Shown here: in pieces, positions 1-8,717 of the stretch
Position numbering within the stretch: position 1 is the stretch's first letter
Layout of the letters: each line of letters begins with the position of its first letter
DNA from: a virus
IMG/VR virus record: IMGVR_UViG_3300009506_000001
Location: 1 to 64,000 of that record
Direction: 5' to 3' (one strand)
DNA length: 64,000 nucleotides
Notes under the pieces: model-generated
What the model saw: only the letters and a program-made list of their open reading frames with translations
The model's database searches: none
What the model was told of the DNA's origin: nothing
Program-made: the position numbers and the translations under genes

Positions 1-645
1 TACGGCGTTAGGCTTTTTCTGGAACTGAGTAGCCCAGTATCTTGGACGGATTAGCGACTCAAGAACGATTCTTTGTTCAGGGGTAGTTTTGTCACGGAAG
101 AACACCATGAACTTGGGACTGTGGAGTAACAGCCAGGGTGAGAGTTTGCGTTCCTTGATCAGCTCTATGACATCATTTGCAGTCAGATACTCAAAGATAT
201 CACCCTCTTTGCACGCTGCTCTTTCGGCCCGATCCAATATTGTGTCGGTTGATATTTCAGCGTGTTCAACGGGAGAAGAGACTCTATCAAGGTGCTCCAT
301 ATAGATAGCATAAGTCTCATCCCGAGTCCACATGGTAGGTGGGAAATCCCGTTGGATCATCAGTTTGATGAACGTATGGGGATTAGGAAGATTCAGTTTC
401 TTTACGTGGTGGGCAAATCGGTTGAACGATTCGTAATAATTGGATTTCAGAAAGGTCTTCTCATCAGGCACACGTTTACGCTGAAATTTCATCCAGTCTT
501 GATAAAATCGCCATGCAGCCTGACCAAGAGGAGTCCGAAGATTCTCATCACGCAACATTGCCTTACACTTGTGCTTGATGAACCTCTGCTCGAACTTGAA
601 CCTCTTGCCACAGAAATGGCATTGGTATGGTGAGCCGTCTTTCAT
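1..645 (-). CDS. Phage protein with N-terminal C2H2-like Zn finger, truncated at window edge
   Basis: Not in the ORF track. Manual translation from ATG at 645 gives MKDGSPYQCHFCGKRFKFEQRFIKHKC... open to position 1; ATGA overlap with the stop of the upstream gene. Confidence 0.75.
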   Translation of the reverse strand, partial: MKDGSPYQCHFCGKRFKFEQRFIKHKCKAMLRDENLRTPLGQAAWRFYQDWMKFQRKRVPDEKTFLKSNYYESFNRFAHHVKKLNLPNPHTFIKLMIQRDFPPTMWTRDETYAIYMEHLDRVSSPVEHAEISTDTILDRAERAACKEGDIFEYLTANDVIELIKERKLSPWLLLHSPKFMVFFRDKTTPEQRIVLESLIRPRYWATQFQKKPNAV

Positions 646-1124
646 CGACCTTTCAGTTCTTTCTTTAGTTTTGTTATGTCGTCTTTCTGTAATCCTAAGT
701 CCTCAGCATACTCCATGATATCATCGTTCGACAACAAAGGAAGTGCTTCGAGGGCGTGTTTGGTGTTGTATCCAAACTGATCACGAACAACACCCACAGT
801 GACAGGCAGCTTTGTTGATTTGCTGGAAACGGTCTTGTTCCAATAGTAACGCTGTGGTTTATTAGGACCGCAAAGCGTCATCAAATCATAGAGAAGCTGT
901 GGGTGTTTGTGCAGGGAGAACACAAAAGGATTGACCAACTCATTGATGTAGATAATCTGAGTTGGGTTGGAGGTGCCTGATAACCAACGAGTGACAATAA
1001 CCGGCAAAAACCCCTTCTTCTCCTCCTCGGAGAGGTTCTCATACCCCTTAGTATTCTTCGTGCTGATCATGTTCAGCACTTTGAAGATATCAAGTTTTCT
1101 AGTTGGAGTCTTTTTTGCTGCCAT
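642..1124 (-). CDS. Clamp loader small subunit (T4 gp62-like)
   Basis: 160 aa, LSEEEKKGFLPVIVTRWLS / INELVN pattern; downstream of gp44. Confidence 0.65.
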   Translation of the reverse strand: MAAKKTPTRKLDIFKVLNMISTKNTKGYENLSEEEKKGFLPVIVTRWLSGTSNPTQIIYINELVNPFVFSLHKHPQLLYDLMTLCGPNKPQRYYWNKTVSSKSTKLPVTVGVVRDQFGYNTKHALEALPLLSNDDIMEYAEDLGLQKDDITKLKKELKGR

Positions 1125-1677
1125 TTACTATTCCAGTATAATATTCGTACAATAGTTTTAATTCTTGTATACTACTATCACCTTTAAGTCTATTAGCTCT
1201 CCAACTAACCACTACAACATTATCTTTTACATATCCTTTTGTAGGATCAATACGGTCTAAAGATGGCGAATAGTCTTTTTCCTTTCTGGTTACTCCTATC
1301 TTCATGGGAATACCAAGGACAGGACACTCGGATGGAATCACTATATCTTCTTTTGTAATAGAGAACTCCAAGTTGTTATCTCTTGCTCGGCACCTTGCTT
1401 GGGCAACCATTTTGGTGATATACCCCTCCTCTGTACTTAAACTTTTACGCTTTCGGTCAACATATCCCTGTTTGTTACTTTCATAGTACGCTTTGCTAAG
1501 TTGTTTTTGCCGATTATATAATTCTTGGTCTTGCCGTCGTTCTCGGTGATACCTGGCATTGCAGGACTTACACACTTTAGCGATTCCGTCAACAGCGGAT
1601 CGGTCTTTCCCAAACTCCTCCACAGGAATTAGTTCGTCACCATGATATTTCCCATAACATTTTCTAAGATTATCCAT
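1099..1677 (-). CDS. HNH/His-Me finger homing endonuclease
   Basis: CKSC Zn motif and CPVLG...SPSLDRIDPTKGYVKDNVVVVSWRANRLK; AT-richer than neighbours; own SD and late promoter; overlaps start of the next gene. Confidence 0.85.
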   Translation of the reverse strand: MDNLRKCYGKYHGDELIPVEEFGKDRSAVDGIAKVCKSCNARYHRERRQDQELYNRQKQLSKAYYESNKQGYVDRKRKSLSTEEGYITKMVAQARCRARDNNLEFSITKEDIVIPSECPVLGIPMKIGVTRKEKDYSPSLDRIDPTKGYVKDNVVVVSWRANRLKGDSSIQELKLLYEYYTGIVNGSKKDSN

Positions 1678-1720
1678 TTACTTTCTCCTATTGAATAATC
1701 TTATTTATGTAGAATGCAAA

Positions 1721-2065
1721 TTATTTCTTGTTATTTACATTCGGCAGCGAAATTCGGCGAGAGCAAAACTTGCACTCGACGTGCGTATCTTTCAGGACCA
1801 ACTGCTCGAACGGATGAACGCATTCCTGTACCATCACATTGCGGAGAACCTGAATACGGTCAAACACCTCATGTTTCTGAGCTGTCAGTTCGATAATCTG
1901 ATCCTCTATTGGTCGTAGTTCAGTAAGAAGCGACACCATGTTCTTCATCTTGCGATTCCATGACGTCTTCTCGCTGCGATCAGCGTTGTTTGCTACTGAC
2001 TCAAGAATGCGACGCTGTTTTGCTTCTTCTGTTGATTCGCCTTCTGGTTTCTTTTTTCTTGCCAT
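1721..2065 (-). CDS. Hypothetical coiled-coil protein with C-terminal CxH...CxxC
   Basis: Likely start MARKKK at 2065 via TAATG overlap. Confidence 0.7.
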   Translation of the reverse strand: MARKKKPEGESTEEAKQRRILESVANNADRSEKTSWNRKMKNMVSLLTELRPIEDQIIELTAQKHEVFDRIQVLRNVMVQECVHPFEQLVLKDTHVECKFCSRRISLPNVNNKK

Positions 2066-2343
2066 TATACTTTTCCTAGTTTGCGTAGTGCGAGACTTAC
2101 ATCGTGCCACCAACTGGATTCAATGTAGTACTCCATGCTAATGCCTTCTTCGTATGCTGAACCAGGCTCGTCTCCAAAATCTCGGTCACACCCTGCACAG
2201 AAGTTATCCCGGTAGTGCAACTCTATTGGTATGAGAGCTTCCATCAGCTCGTTAAGAGCTTCAAGGTTCGGTGTGTCTTCGATGCCCCGTTTGACCTTTT
2301 TAAGGTATGCCTGTGCAATCTCAATGTCTTGCTTGATACTCAT
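2065..2343 (-). CDS. Hypothetical protein
   Basis: 92 aa, overlaps neighbours at both ends. Confidence 0.65.
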   Translation of the reverse strand: MSIKQDIEIAQAYLKKVKRGIEDTPNLEALNELMEALIPIELHYRDNFCAGCDRDFGDEPGSAYEEGISMEYYIESSWWHDVSLALRKLGKV

Positions 2344-2738
2344 ATTCCCCTCATTGCTCGCTCGTAAGCATCGTCATCGCTATTTTCAACTGTGATTGAA
2401 CATTCGCCTTCATTCAGCACTGCTGTCCGATACTCAATTCTGACCTCGGGATAGTAACCATCGTGCGGAATAACATTCCAGCCATGGCCATCATATTGAA
2501 GCACGCCCTCTGGAACCTCTGGAACATGCCAACGCATGTTGGTTTCAAGCTCAGCTACCCGCTTTTTCAGTTTGTCGATTTCATCCTGCAACGGATTACT
2601 TACATCGATAAAAGAGTTGGCCTGTGCAGCAAGCACGCTACCCGAAAACAGTGGTTGGACGGTGCCGGGTTCGTCTGTTAGTTTTTCTTTCTTTTCCAAA
2701 ATCTGATCATACCACCACTGTGGTTCTCCACATGCCAT
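2340..2738 (-). CDS. Hypothetical acidic protein ending DDDAYERAMRGI
   Basis: SD AAGGAG upstream; C-terminus shared with ORF 58634..58870. Confidence 0.7.
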   Translation of the reverse strand: MACGEPQWWYDQILEKKEKLTDEPGTVQPLFSGSVLAAQANSFIDVSNPLQDEIDKLKKRVAELETNMRWHVPEVPEGVLQYDGHGWNVIPHDGYYPEVRIEYRTAVLNEGECSITVENSDDDAYERAMRGI

Positions 2739-2749
2739 GATTGTTCTCC

Positions 2750-3676
2750 TTATAGGTTGGCTAGACGTATAAACATGGCTGCAGCGTTGATTTCTGGATC
2801 TGCTACAACCCCGTGCTTATATAGATGGTCAGCAATGATAACAATCCCCTCTTCCCACTTTGCATCATTACCAAACTTTCTCGACTTGTTAAGGTTCTCA
2901 TAAAGGAAACGATAAACAGCTTCCCATTCTTCCGCTGGAACAGTTGCACAAAGGAGCTTACGAATTTCCAGCCAGTTATCCATAGACAGTAGGTCAAGCA
3001 GCTGGAACTTGTAATCGCCTGCTTCAACTTCCGTCGGAGGCATCAGGTTGCCATCAACAACATTCTGCTGAACGAGGTTGATAATCTTGCGAATGTCAGG
3101 GTAGCCAGCAGCGACATACTTGTACAGAAGGTCTTCGTTAAACTTAACGTGCTCTTCAATAAGAATCATTGCAACACGTTCGGCAATGTCATCTTTATCG
3201 AATGCGTGAAAACGGAACTGCTGACAACGAGACTTTATAGCAGGGATGATCTTGTGGTCATAGTTACAGGTGAGAACAAAACGAGCAGCGTCAGCATACT
3301 CTTCCATCAGCTGGCGTAACACCGCTTGTGCGTTGTGAGTCAGGTAATCGGCCTCTTCCAGTTGAACCACCTTGAAGTTTCCAATTGCCCACGAAGAAAC
3401 AAACCCCTTGATCTTCTCCCTGATCGTATCAACATTGTTCTCATCGGAAGCGTTGATAAGAAGGACGTCGGTTGGATCAACATCGAGGGTGCGAACAAGC
3501 ATTTTCGATAGGGTAGTCTTGCCAGAGCCCTGAACACCCGAAAGGAGCAAGTGAGGAATACTACCCTCACCTATCATGCGAAGAATAGCACGCTTTTGGG
3601 ATTCGTCTTGCCAGATATAATCTTCGACTGTTTGAGGGCGGTATTTCTCCACCCATAATTTCTGTAGGTCTGCCAT
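2750..3676 (-). CDS. Clamp loader AAA+ subunit (T4 gp44 / RFC-like)
   Basis: WVEKYRP, GVQGSGKT Walker A, INASD, EEAD, SRC motif. Confidence 0.95.
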   Translation of the reverse strand: MADLQKLWVEKYRPQTVEDYIWQDESQKRAILRMIGEGSIPHLLLSGVQGSGKTTLSKMLVRTLDVDPTDVLLINASDENNVDTIREKIKGFVSSWAIGNFKVVQLEEADYLTHNAQAVLRQLMEEYADAARFVLTCNYDHKIIPAIKSRCQQFRFHAFDKDDIAERVAMILIEEHVKFNEDLLYKYVAAGYPDIRKIINLVQQNVVDGNLMPPTEVEAGDYKFQLLDLLSMDNWLEIRKLLCATVPAEEWEAVYRFLYENLNKSRKFGNDAKWEEGIVIIADHLYKHGVVADPEINAAAMFIRLANL

Positions 3677-3699
3677 ATTATAATTCTCCTTATCGGAGC

Positions 3700-3729
3700 A
3701 TTATACAGCATTCACGAAAGCGTTGTCAA
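3700..3729 (-). promoter_or_regulatory. Sigma70-type early promoter for the clamp-loader operon
   Basis: TTGACA-N18-TATAAT upstream of SD AAGGAG. Confidence 0.75.
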
Positions 3730-3733
3730 CTAA

Positions 3734-4993
3734 TCACCCATATGGATATGCTGGTGGGGTAAAGTTACTCGTCCAACGTGGTGTTCCTATGCTGAGACGG
3801 AATTCATCAATATATCCATCCATCGAACTAGGTGAATATATTGCACCCGATACATAGAAACTTCCTAGTCTTAGTGAGGACGTGCTGTCGTGCACAACAT
3901 CTGTTGCCATGTTGTATGTTGAAGGTGAACCATATAGCATTCCGTCGATGAAAAGACGGAGGTCCGTACCACTGCGTGTGGCCGCTACATGGTACCATGT
4001 GTTCAATGAAGGTGTCCAAGACCCAACGCCCGTCGTAGCCACTTTGTTGGTTATTCCGTCTGTTGTATAGGTAAACTGTAGTGCGTTGTTGCTGTTACTG
4101 TACTGAAGGAGCCAACCCTTTTGATTTGCTGCGCCGCCATCAAAGTGAGATGCAATACAGTTACCTGGATTGAGACTGTTGAAATTGACCCAACAGTCGA
4201 CGGCAAAGTCGCTTGAACCAAGCGACCAATCTGTGTCGTCTGCTGACTTGATTTCATCTATCGATGGCGAGCCTGACCACGTACGCATAGACGTCGCCCC
4301 AAATTTTGCTCTTGCTGTGCTGTGCTGTGCACCATTCAACATTTGTACTGTGTGAGGACTATGCGTACCGCCAATGCTGCTGTCAACAGCTGTTGTATCG
4401 CCATCAAATGTATCCGAGTGTACCAACAGCTTGGTAAAGGAATCATTACCAGGCACGGTACCCCAAGTAAAAGTTTCTGGGATGTTAATTCTAAATGGAC
4501 CAACTTGGTAGATATTTCCTGCAGTGATGTTAATATCTGGTAGGGTCATGTCGCCAACGGGTGAACCACCAATTTGTGACACTGTTCCGGCTATGCAAGG
4601 AAGCCAATAGTCAGTGGGTGGAGAACCATGGGTACCATGGTCACGTGGATCAAAATTTGTTTTGCCTGTCCAACACCACCACGTAGCTACACCGCTTTGT
4701 ATGGCTGGATAAAACCGTGGTTCAAAATACAAGGCTCCGTCAACTTGGCTTAAATTTAAATAGAGGTTATCAATCTCAATTAGAACATCCTTTGGTGGAG
4801 AACCGGATATACGAGACCAGTCGGGTGCCAAATTATCAAGTTCTGTTTGTGAAGGTAAAGTTCCCTTCATGATACGAACCCGACCTGTACTATGGGCAAA
4901 GCTCGGCGTATAGAGATATGCCGATGAACCATCACGGATTCCGTTAGCTACTACAGCATCTCGTGCATCGATTGAAAGTTTAATGGTAGGCAT
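3734..4993 (-). CDS. Virion protein: N-terminal beta-rich paralog domain plus C-terminal LamG/concanavalin A-like domain
   Basis: WYHVAATRSG...LFIDG, GYIDEFRLSIG...NFTPP LamG signature; likely start MPTIKL at 4993; 5 GSP motifs. Confidence 0.8.
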   Translation of the reverse strand: MPTIKLSIDARDAVVANGIRDGSSAYLYTPSFAHSTGRVRIMKGTLPSQTELDNLAPDWSRISGSPPKDVLIEIDNLYLNLSQVDGALYFEPRFYPAIQSGVATWWCWTGKTNFDPRDHGTHGSPPTDYWLPCIAGTVSQIGGSPVGDMTLPDINITAGNIYQVGPFRINIPETFTWGTVPGNDSFTKLLVHSDTFDGDTTAVDSSIGGTHSPHTVQMLNGAQHSTARAKFGATSMRTWSGSPSIDEIKSADDTDWSLGSSDFAVDCWVNFNSLNPGNCIASHFDGGAANQKGWLLQYSNSNNALQFTYTTDGITNKVATTGVGSWTPSLNTWYHVAATRSGTDLRLFIDGMLYGSPSTYNMATDVVHDSTSSLRLGSFYVSGAIYSPSSMDGYIDEFRLSIGTPRWTSNFTPPAYPYG

Positions 4994-5003
4994 AAAATTA
5001 TTC

Positions 5004-5453
5004 CTAATGTGGTTTAAATGACATGCCAAAATACGTCAATGTTACTGGATTACCGACAGTAAGTGTCAACGAATCCAAACGAACCATAGCAGTGCCGGTC
5101 GTTAAAGAAACGTCACCAAGCACCCATCCGTTCCAGTTATTGGTCGTATATAACGCAAACCACGTAGCTGTACCAGATGCTGAAGCATTAACCGGATTTG
5201 TTGAGGGTGTGACTTGCAATCTAACAAATCCACCATCTTCTACTGATGGTATGGTAGGAATACCCGCCATATAAAATGAAGTAAATGAAGCCAACAAATC
5301 TGCACTTGTGCTAGCTGCAGTCCAGGCATTTACATCGGTGGGGATCGTTCCTTGATATATGTTGAGCGTATTATATACCGTACCACTATATGTGATGCGT
5401 GAGAATCCAATTGCCATGGCTGTAGAATAAGCAAAGTTTACCAAAAGTCCCAT
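5004..5453 (-). CDS. Small virion structural protein, paralog family member
   Basis: IYQGTIP...SGTATWF...GDVSL...LDSLTL shared with 5784, 6342 and the N-terminus of 3734. Confidence 0.7.
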   Translation of the reverse strand: MGLLVNFAYSTAMAIGFSRITYSGTVYNTLNIYQGTIPTDVNAWTAASTSADLLASFTSFYMAGIPTIPSVEDGGFVRLQVTPSTNPVNASASGTATWFALYTTNNWNGWVLGDVSLTTGTAMVRLDSLTLTVGNPVTLTYFGMSFKPH

Positions 5454-5782
5454 TATATAAATCCTAAATCTGGTGAACCAACAAATGTGGCTACTGTAAC
5501 TGTTAGTGTTTCCATTGGCCCTGGTTTTGCGGCACTCGCTGTACCTGCAATAGCTTTGTTACTCATGGTTACTGGCATACTGATTGTATCATCTGTGGCA
5601 CGCAAGGAACCTGCAATACCAGCATTAGACATGGATACTGCAAACGTTACGGTATCATCTGTGGCACGCAAGGAACCTGCAATACCAATGTCAAACAACG
5701 AAACTGGTAAAATAAAATCGCCACCAAATCCTGTTGGTGGAGGTGGAGGTGGTATTTTTCCTGTTATTACAATAACAGCCAT
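5453..5782 (-). CDS. Small putative virion protein with poly-Pro and internal repeat
   Basis: Likely start MAVIVITGK at 5782; GIAGSLRATDDT occurs twice. Confidence 0.6.
   Translation of the reverse strand: MAVIVITGKIPPPPPPTGFGGDFILPVSLFDIGIAGSLRATDDTVTFAVSMSNAGIAGSLRATDDTISMPVTMSNKAIAGTASAAKPGPMETLTVTVATFVGSPDLGFI
5586..5687. repeat. 36-bp exact direct repeat with 66-bp period
   Basis: gtatcatctgtggcacgcaaggaacctgcaatacca at 5586-5621 and 5652-5687. Confidence 0.9.
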
Positions 5783-5783
5783 T

Positions 5784-6332
5784 TTAGTAAGAGAAACTCC
5801 TTGGCATCTTGAATTGAGCTGGTCCAAGTTCGTACGTCTGACCAGCAACGATATTCAAGTCAGCTAGTGTCATAGACCCACTACCACCCACAAGAGTGAT
5901 ATCACCCATTAACATACCAAGCCAAAATGCTGAGCCACCTGGATTGTTACCTCGATCCGCTGGATTATAACTTTGGTATCCTGTCCACAGCCACCAAGAG
6001 GCGACGCCACTATTTGCAGCAATTGCGGTTTGTAGTGTCCACTCTACGTAGGCATCGGTTCCAGTTATAAAGTTACTAAACTGTGCAGTAGTGTGTGCTC
6101 TTTCAATCAGCACTTCGCTTGGTGAGCCAATTAACCGATCCCACTCTGGATAGCCATACATATCGATATCATTTTGAGATGGTACTGTACCACTCATGAT
6201 TCGGAGATAGCCTGTAGTTCCACCTGCTGTGTACGCCATAGCTGGTTGGCCTGTGGTGGCTGTACCCGACGTAATACCATGGTTGTCACAAATTTTGTTT
6301 GCGATCTGTGTTGTAAATTTGATTTCTGCCAT
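5784..6332 (-). CDS. Virion structural protein, paralog family member
   Basis: GYLRIMSGTVP...SGVASWW...GDITLVGG...LADLNIVAG. Confidence 0.75.
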   Translation of the reverse strand: MAEIKFTTQIANKICDNHGITSGTATTGQPAMAYTAGGTTGYLRIMSGTVPSQNDIDMYGYPEWDRLIGSPSEVLIERAHTTAQFSNFITGTDAYVEWTLQTAIAANSGVASWWLWTGYQSYNPADRGNNPGGSAFWLGMLMGDITLVGGSGSMTLADLNIVAGQTYELGPAQFKMPRSFSY

Positions 6333-6341
6333 GGCGATTCC

Positions 6342-6872
6342 TTATGCCTGAAATTTAACTGCCCAATGCAATAGCTGTACTGGAGTACCTGCAACCAGAT
6401 TTAAACTATCTAGGTGTGCTGATCCAATACCACCACTGAGAGAAACGTCACCAATGACAGCACCATATGTTGTCATTGGAAAACTTCCTCCGGAGCCGGT
6501 TCTACTCCACATAGCCCACCATGAAGCTGTTCCCGTTCCAACAGCCGTGACCGTTTGTGGATATGGGTAGTAGCTTGGATCAAAAACAACCTCTTGGACG
6601 TTTAGTGTTGGATCATTGGTAGGTACGGTGTGATCAGTGATCTTAAAGTTATTCCACTCTGCAAGCAAGTTTGAGGAAGGTGAGCCTTCACCAGGAGGAG
6701 AACCACCTACTGGATATCCATCAAAAAAGTCATTTGCGTCAGTGGGTATTGGTCCTTTATATACCTGGAAAACGTTTCTGTCAGGGGTACTAGAAATCCA
6801 TGATGAGGAAGTGTATATAAACCCTTGAATCATCCCAGCGTAAAAACCAAAATTTGCACGTAGTACTGCCAT
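6342..6872 (-). CDS. Virion structural protein, paralog family member
   Basis: VYKGPIP...TGTASWW...GDVSLSGG...LDSLNLVAG. Confidence 0.75.
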   Translation of the reverse strand: MAVLRANFGFYAGMIQGFIYTSSSWISSTPDRNVFQVYKGPIPTDANDFFDGYPVGGSPPGEGSPSSNLLAEWNNFKITDHTVPTNDPTLNVQEVVFDPSYYPYPQTVTAVGTGTASWWAMWSRTGSGGSFPMTTYGAVIGDVSLSGGIGSAHLDSLNLVAGTPVQLLHWAVKFQA

Positions 6873-7882
6873 TACTCTTCCCCATGTTCTTCTACGGTGT
6901 TTTTCTTATTTATCCGCTGAGGATTACGAACCCGCTCTGTTACCCTTTTTCGTGCGAGCATTTCCTCAAGCATCGTCTTTTGCAGCTGTTTTTCTGGTGT
7001 TAGCTCGGCGGCGGTACTCATTTTTGCAAGCATCGCCTCAATTGCTTCCACTGTCATACCACCAACGTCTGTGGGTGAACCGTGCTCGTCTTTTATCTGC
7101 TCATCGAGTCCCATTATTTCTTCGTACACGTGCATTGCCCCTGATACCTTCTCGTGCTTTTTCTCACGGTCAAGTACTGCAATGTTGGCACCAATCGTTA
7201 GAATAACAGCGAGTGGATCAAATGCAAATATGATTAGGAAGATCATATATTTCGTTGCATCATCAATGTCACGGTTGAACGCCTTTGCAATGAAAACGAT
7301 TGGTCCTGTGTGTGCTTCCTGCTGGACGATCGTTGTTCGGAGTTTGCCTTGCTCTGTTGTTACTTGCGTATATTCAGATGCCAGACGTTCCAGTTCAGTA
7401 CGAATACGCTGACGGTCTGCCTCTTGTGACTCACGCATTCTTCTACGGTTCGTACTGTGGTTGCCTGGAATAGCATCAATCTGTGCATCCATTCGAGCCA
7501 CTTCAGCGTTCAATTCAATCTTTTGTTTGTCGATTTCTGCTTTGCGGCTGCTGTAAGTCTCAATCTGAGTCTGCATCTGGTCAAGAGGTAAAACGTCCTG
7601 CTGGTATGCAGATGAGAGGAAACCAAAGATACCAGCCGATGTAATCATCATCAGGACAAGGATGGCTGCAATTAGATAAGTCTTCATGAGGAAACCTATC
7701 TTGTTCCAGTAGCGATACACATAAGATGCTGCAACCAGTTTACCTGCCTCGAGAGAGGAGGCCATTATGACAACTGGCCAGAACGTGCCAGCAAAGATTT
7801 GTGCCAATCCGTAGATCGAGAAGAACGCTGCCGAACTTGCGATCGACAGCGTGGATAGAATTAGGATTGTGATGAAAAACAT
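6872..7882 (-). CDS. Membrane protein with 3 N-terminal TM helices, coiled coil and a further TM
   Basis: Hydrophobic segments, LEAGKLV, TSAGIFGFLS, FDPLAV; late promoter upstream. Confidence 0.8.
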   Translation of the reverse strand: MFFITILILSTLSIASSAAFFSIYGLAQIFAGTFWPVVIMASSLEAGKLVAASYVYRYWNKIGFLMKTYLIAAILVLMMITSAGIFGFLSSAYQQDVLPLDQMQTQIETYSSRKAEIDKQKIELNAEVARMDAQIDAIPGNHSTNRRRMRESQEADRQRIRTELERLASEYTQVTTEQGKLRTTIVQQEAHTGPIVFIAKAFNRDIDDATKYMIFLIIFAFDPLAVILTIGANIAVLDREKKHEKVSGAMHVYEEIMGLDEQIKDEHGSPTDVGGMTVEAIEAMLAKMSTAAELTPEKQLQKTMLEEMLARKRVTERVRNPQRINKKNTVEEHGEE

Positions 7883-7885
7883 GTA

Positions 7886-7915
7886 ACCTCCTTATATTTT
7901 CAGGAGGTATTTATA
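7886..7915 (-). promoter_or_regulatory. T4-type late promoter with SD-occluding hairpin
   Basis: TATAAATA (7908-7915) overlapping ACCTCCT, which pairs with the AGGAGGT SD. Confidence 0.75.
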
Positions 7916-7916
7916 C

Positions 7917-8261
7917 TCAGATTCTTATGTCTGGCTTCTCTTTCGAGACAATCATGACCTTAGATTCATCGGTCTTGCGGATTGGAACACCATCATAATC
8001 GAAGGAATTTGTCCACATTGCGGGTTCAACGCAGATGTAGTCTCCGACTTCCACCTCCTCGCATTCGTTTCCTACAACGAGAACCTTTGCCCAGCGACCT
8101 TCCTTGATTGAACGGTCGAACGCACCATGTCCTTGGCCCTGTCCGTTTTTATCAGCAGCAATTGTAAAGCCCCATGCCGTTTCGTCTTCAAAGTAGCCTT
8201 TCTGGTTGGTCTTTTGCAAAAATGCAAAAAGGATGCCGTTGCGAATGCATCTTAGTTTCAT
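7917..8261 (-). CDS. GroES-like co-chaperonin (T4 gp31 analogue)
   Basis: MKLRCIRNGIL...AKVLVVG...VEVGDYI...ESKVM Cpn10 pattern. Confidence 0.75.
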   Translation of the reverse strand: MKLRCIRNGILFAFLQKTNQKGYFEDETAWGFTIAADKNGQGQGHGAFDRSIKEGRWAKVLVVGNECEEVEVGDYICVEPAMWTNSFDYDGVPIRKTDESKVMIVSKEKPDIRI

Positions 8262-8677
8262 TCAGGTGTATCCTCGTTTTCAGGAGCTTTCTTTTTGATT
8301 GTACGCTTCGTTGTGCTTGTCTTCTTGGTTACAGCTTTCTTTGTAGTAGTTTTCTTTTTGGAAACTTTTTTCTCTACTGGTGCTGGTTCCTCAACCTTTG
8401 GCATGTCCTTTGCAAGATGGCGAACCTCTTCCTTTACCTCAGGAGTTTTCTGTTCTTTCGCATCTACATTAACATCGGCCTGTTTCTTGTTCTCTGCGGC
8501 AGCGGCTGCACGTTCAGCAACACGTTGGCGTCGGCGTAGTTTACGATCTACAAAATCTTCTCGAGCTTGAACTTCTGTGGGCTTAGGAGACGTAGCAAGC
8601 TGATTCTGAATGTCAAGCAAATCAAAATCAACGACGGTACCTCTCATACTTTTAACTTTTCTACCCTGTTTTGGCAT
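8258..8677 (-). CDS. Hypothetical late protein with Lys-rich (KKAVTKK) C-terminus
   Basis: CATAAATA at 8708-8715 and SD upstream. Confidence 0.7.
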   Translation of the reverse strand: MPKQGRKVKSMRGTVVDFDLLDIQNQLATSPKPTEVQAREDFVDRKLRRRQRVAERAAAAAENKKQADVNVDAKEQKTPEVKEEVRHLAKDMPKVEEPAPVEKKVSKKKTTTKKAVTKKTSTTKRTIKKKAPENEDTPE

Positions 8678-8717
8678 ATTGTACTCCCAATAAGTTAATT
8701 CAAGCGTTATTTATGCC

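Noticed and set aside
89-633. Plus-strand ORFs 89..304 and 262..633
   Set aside because: Antisense shadows of the truncated minus-strand gene starting at 645
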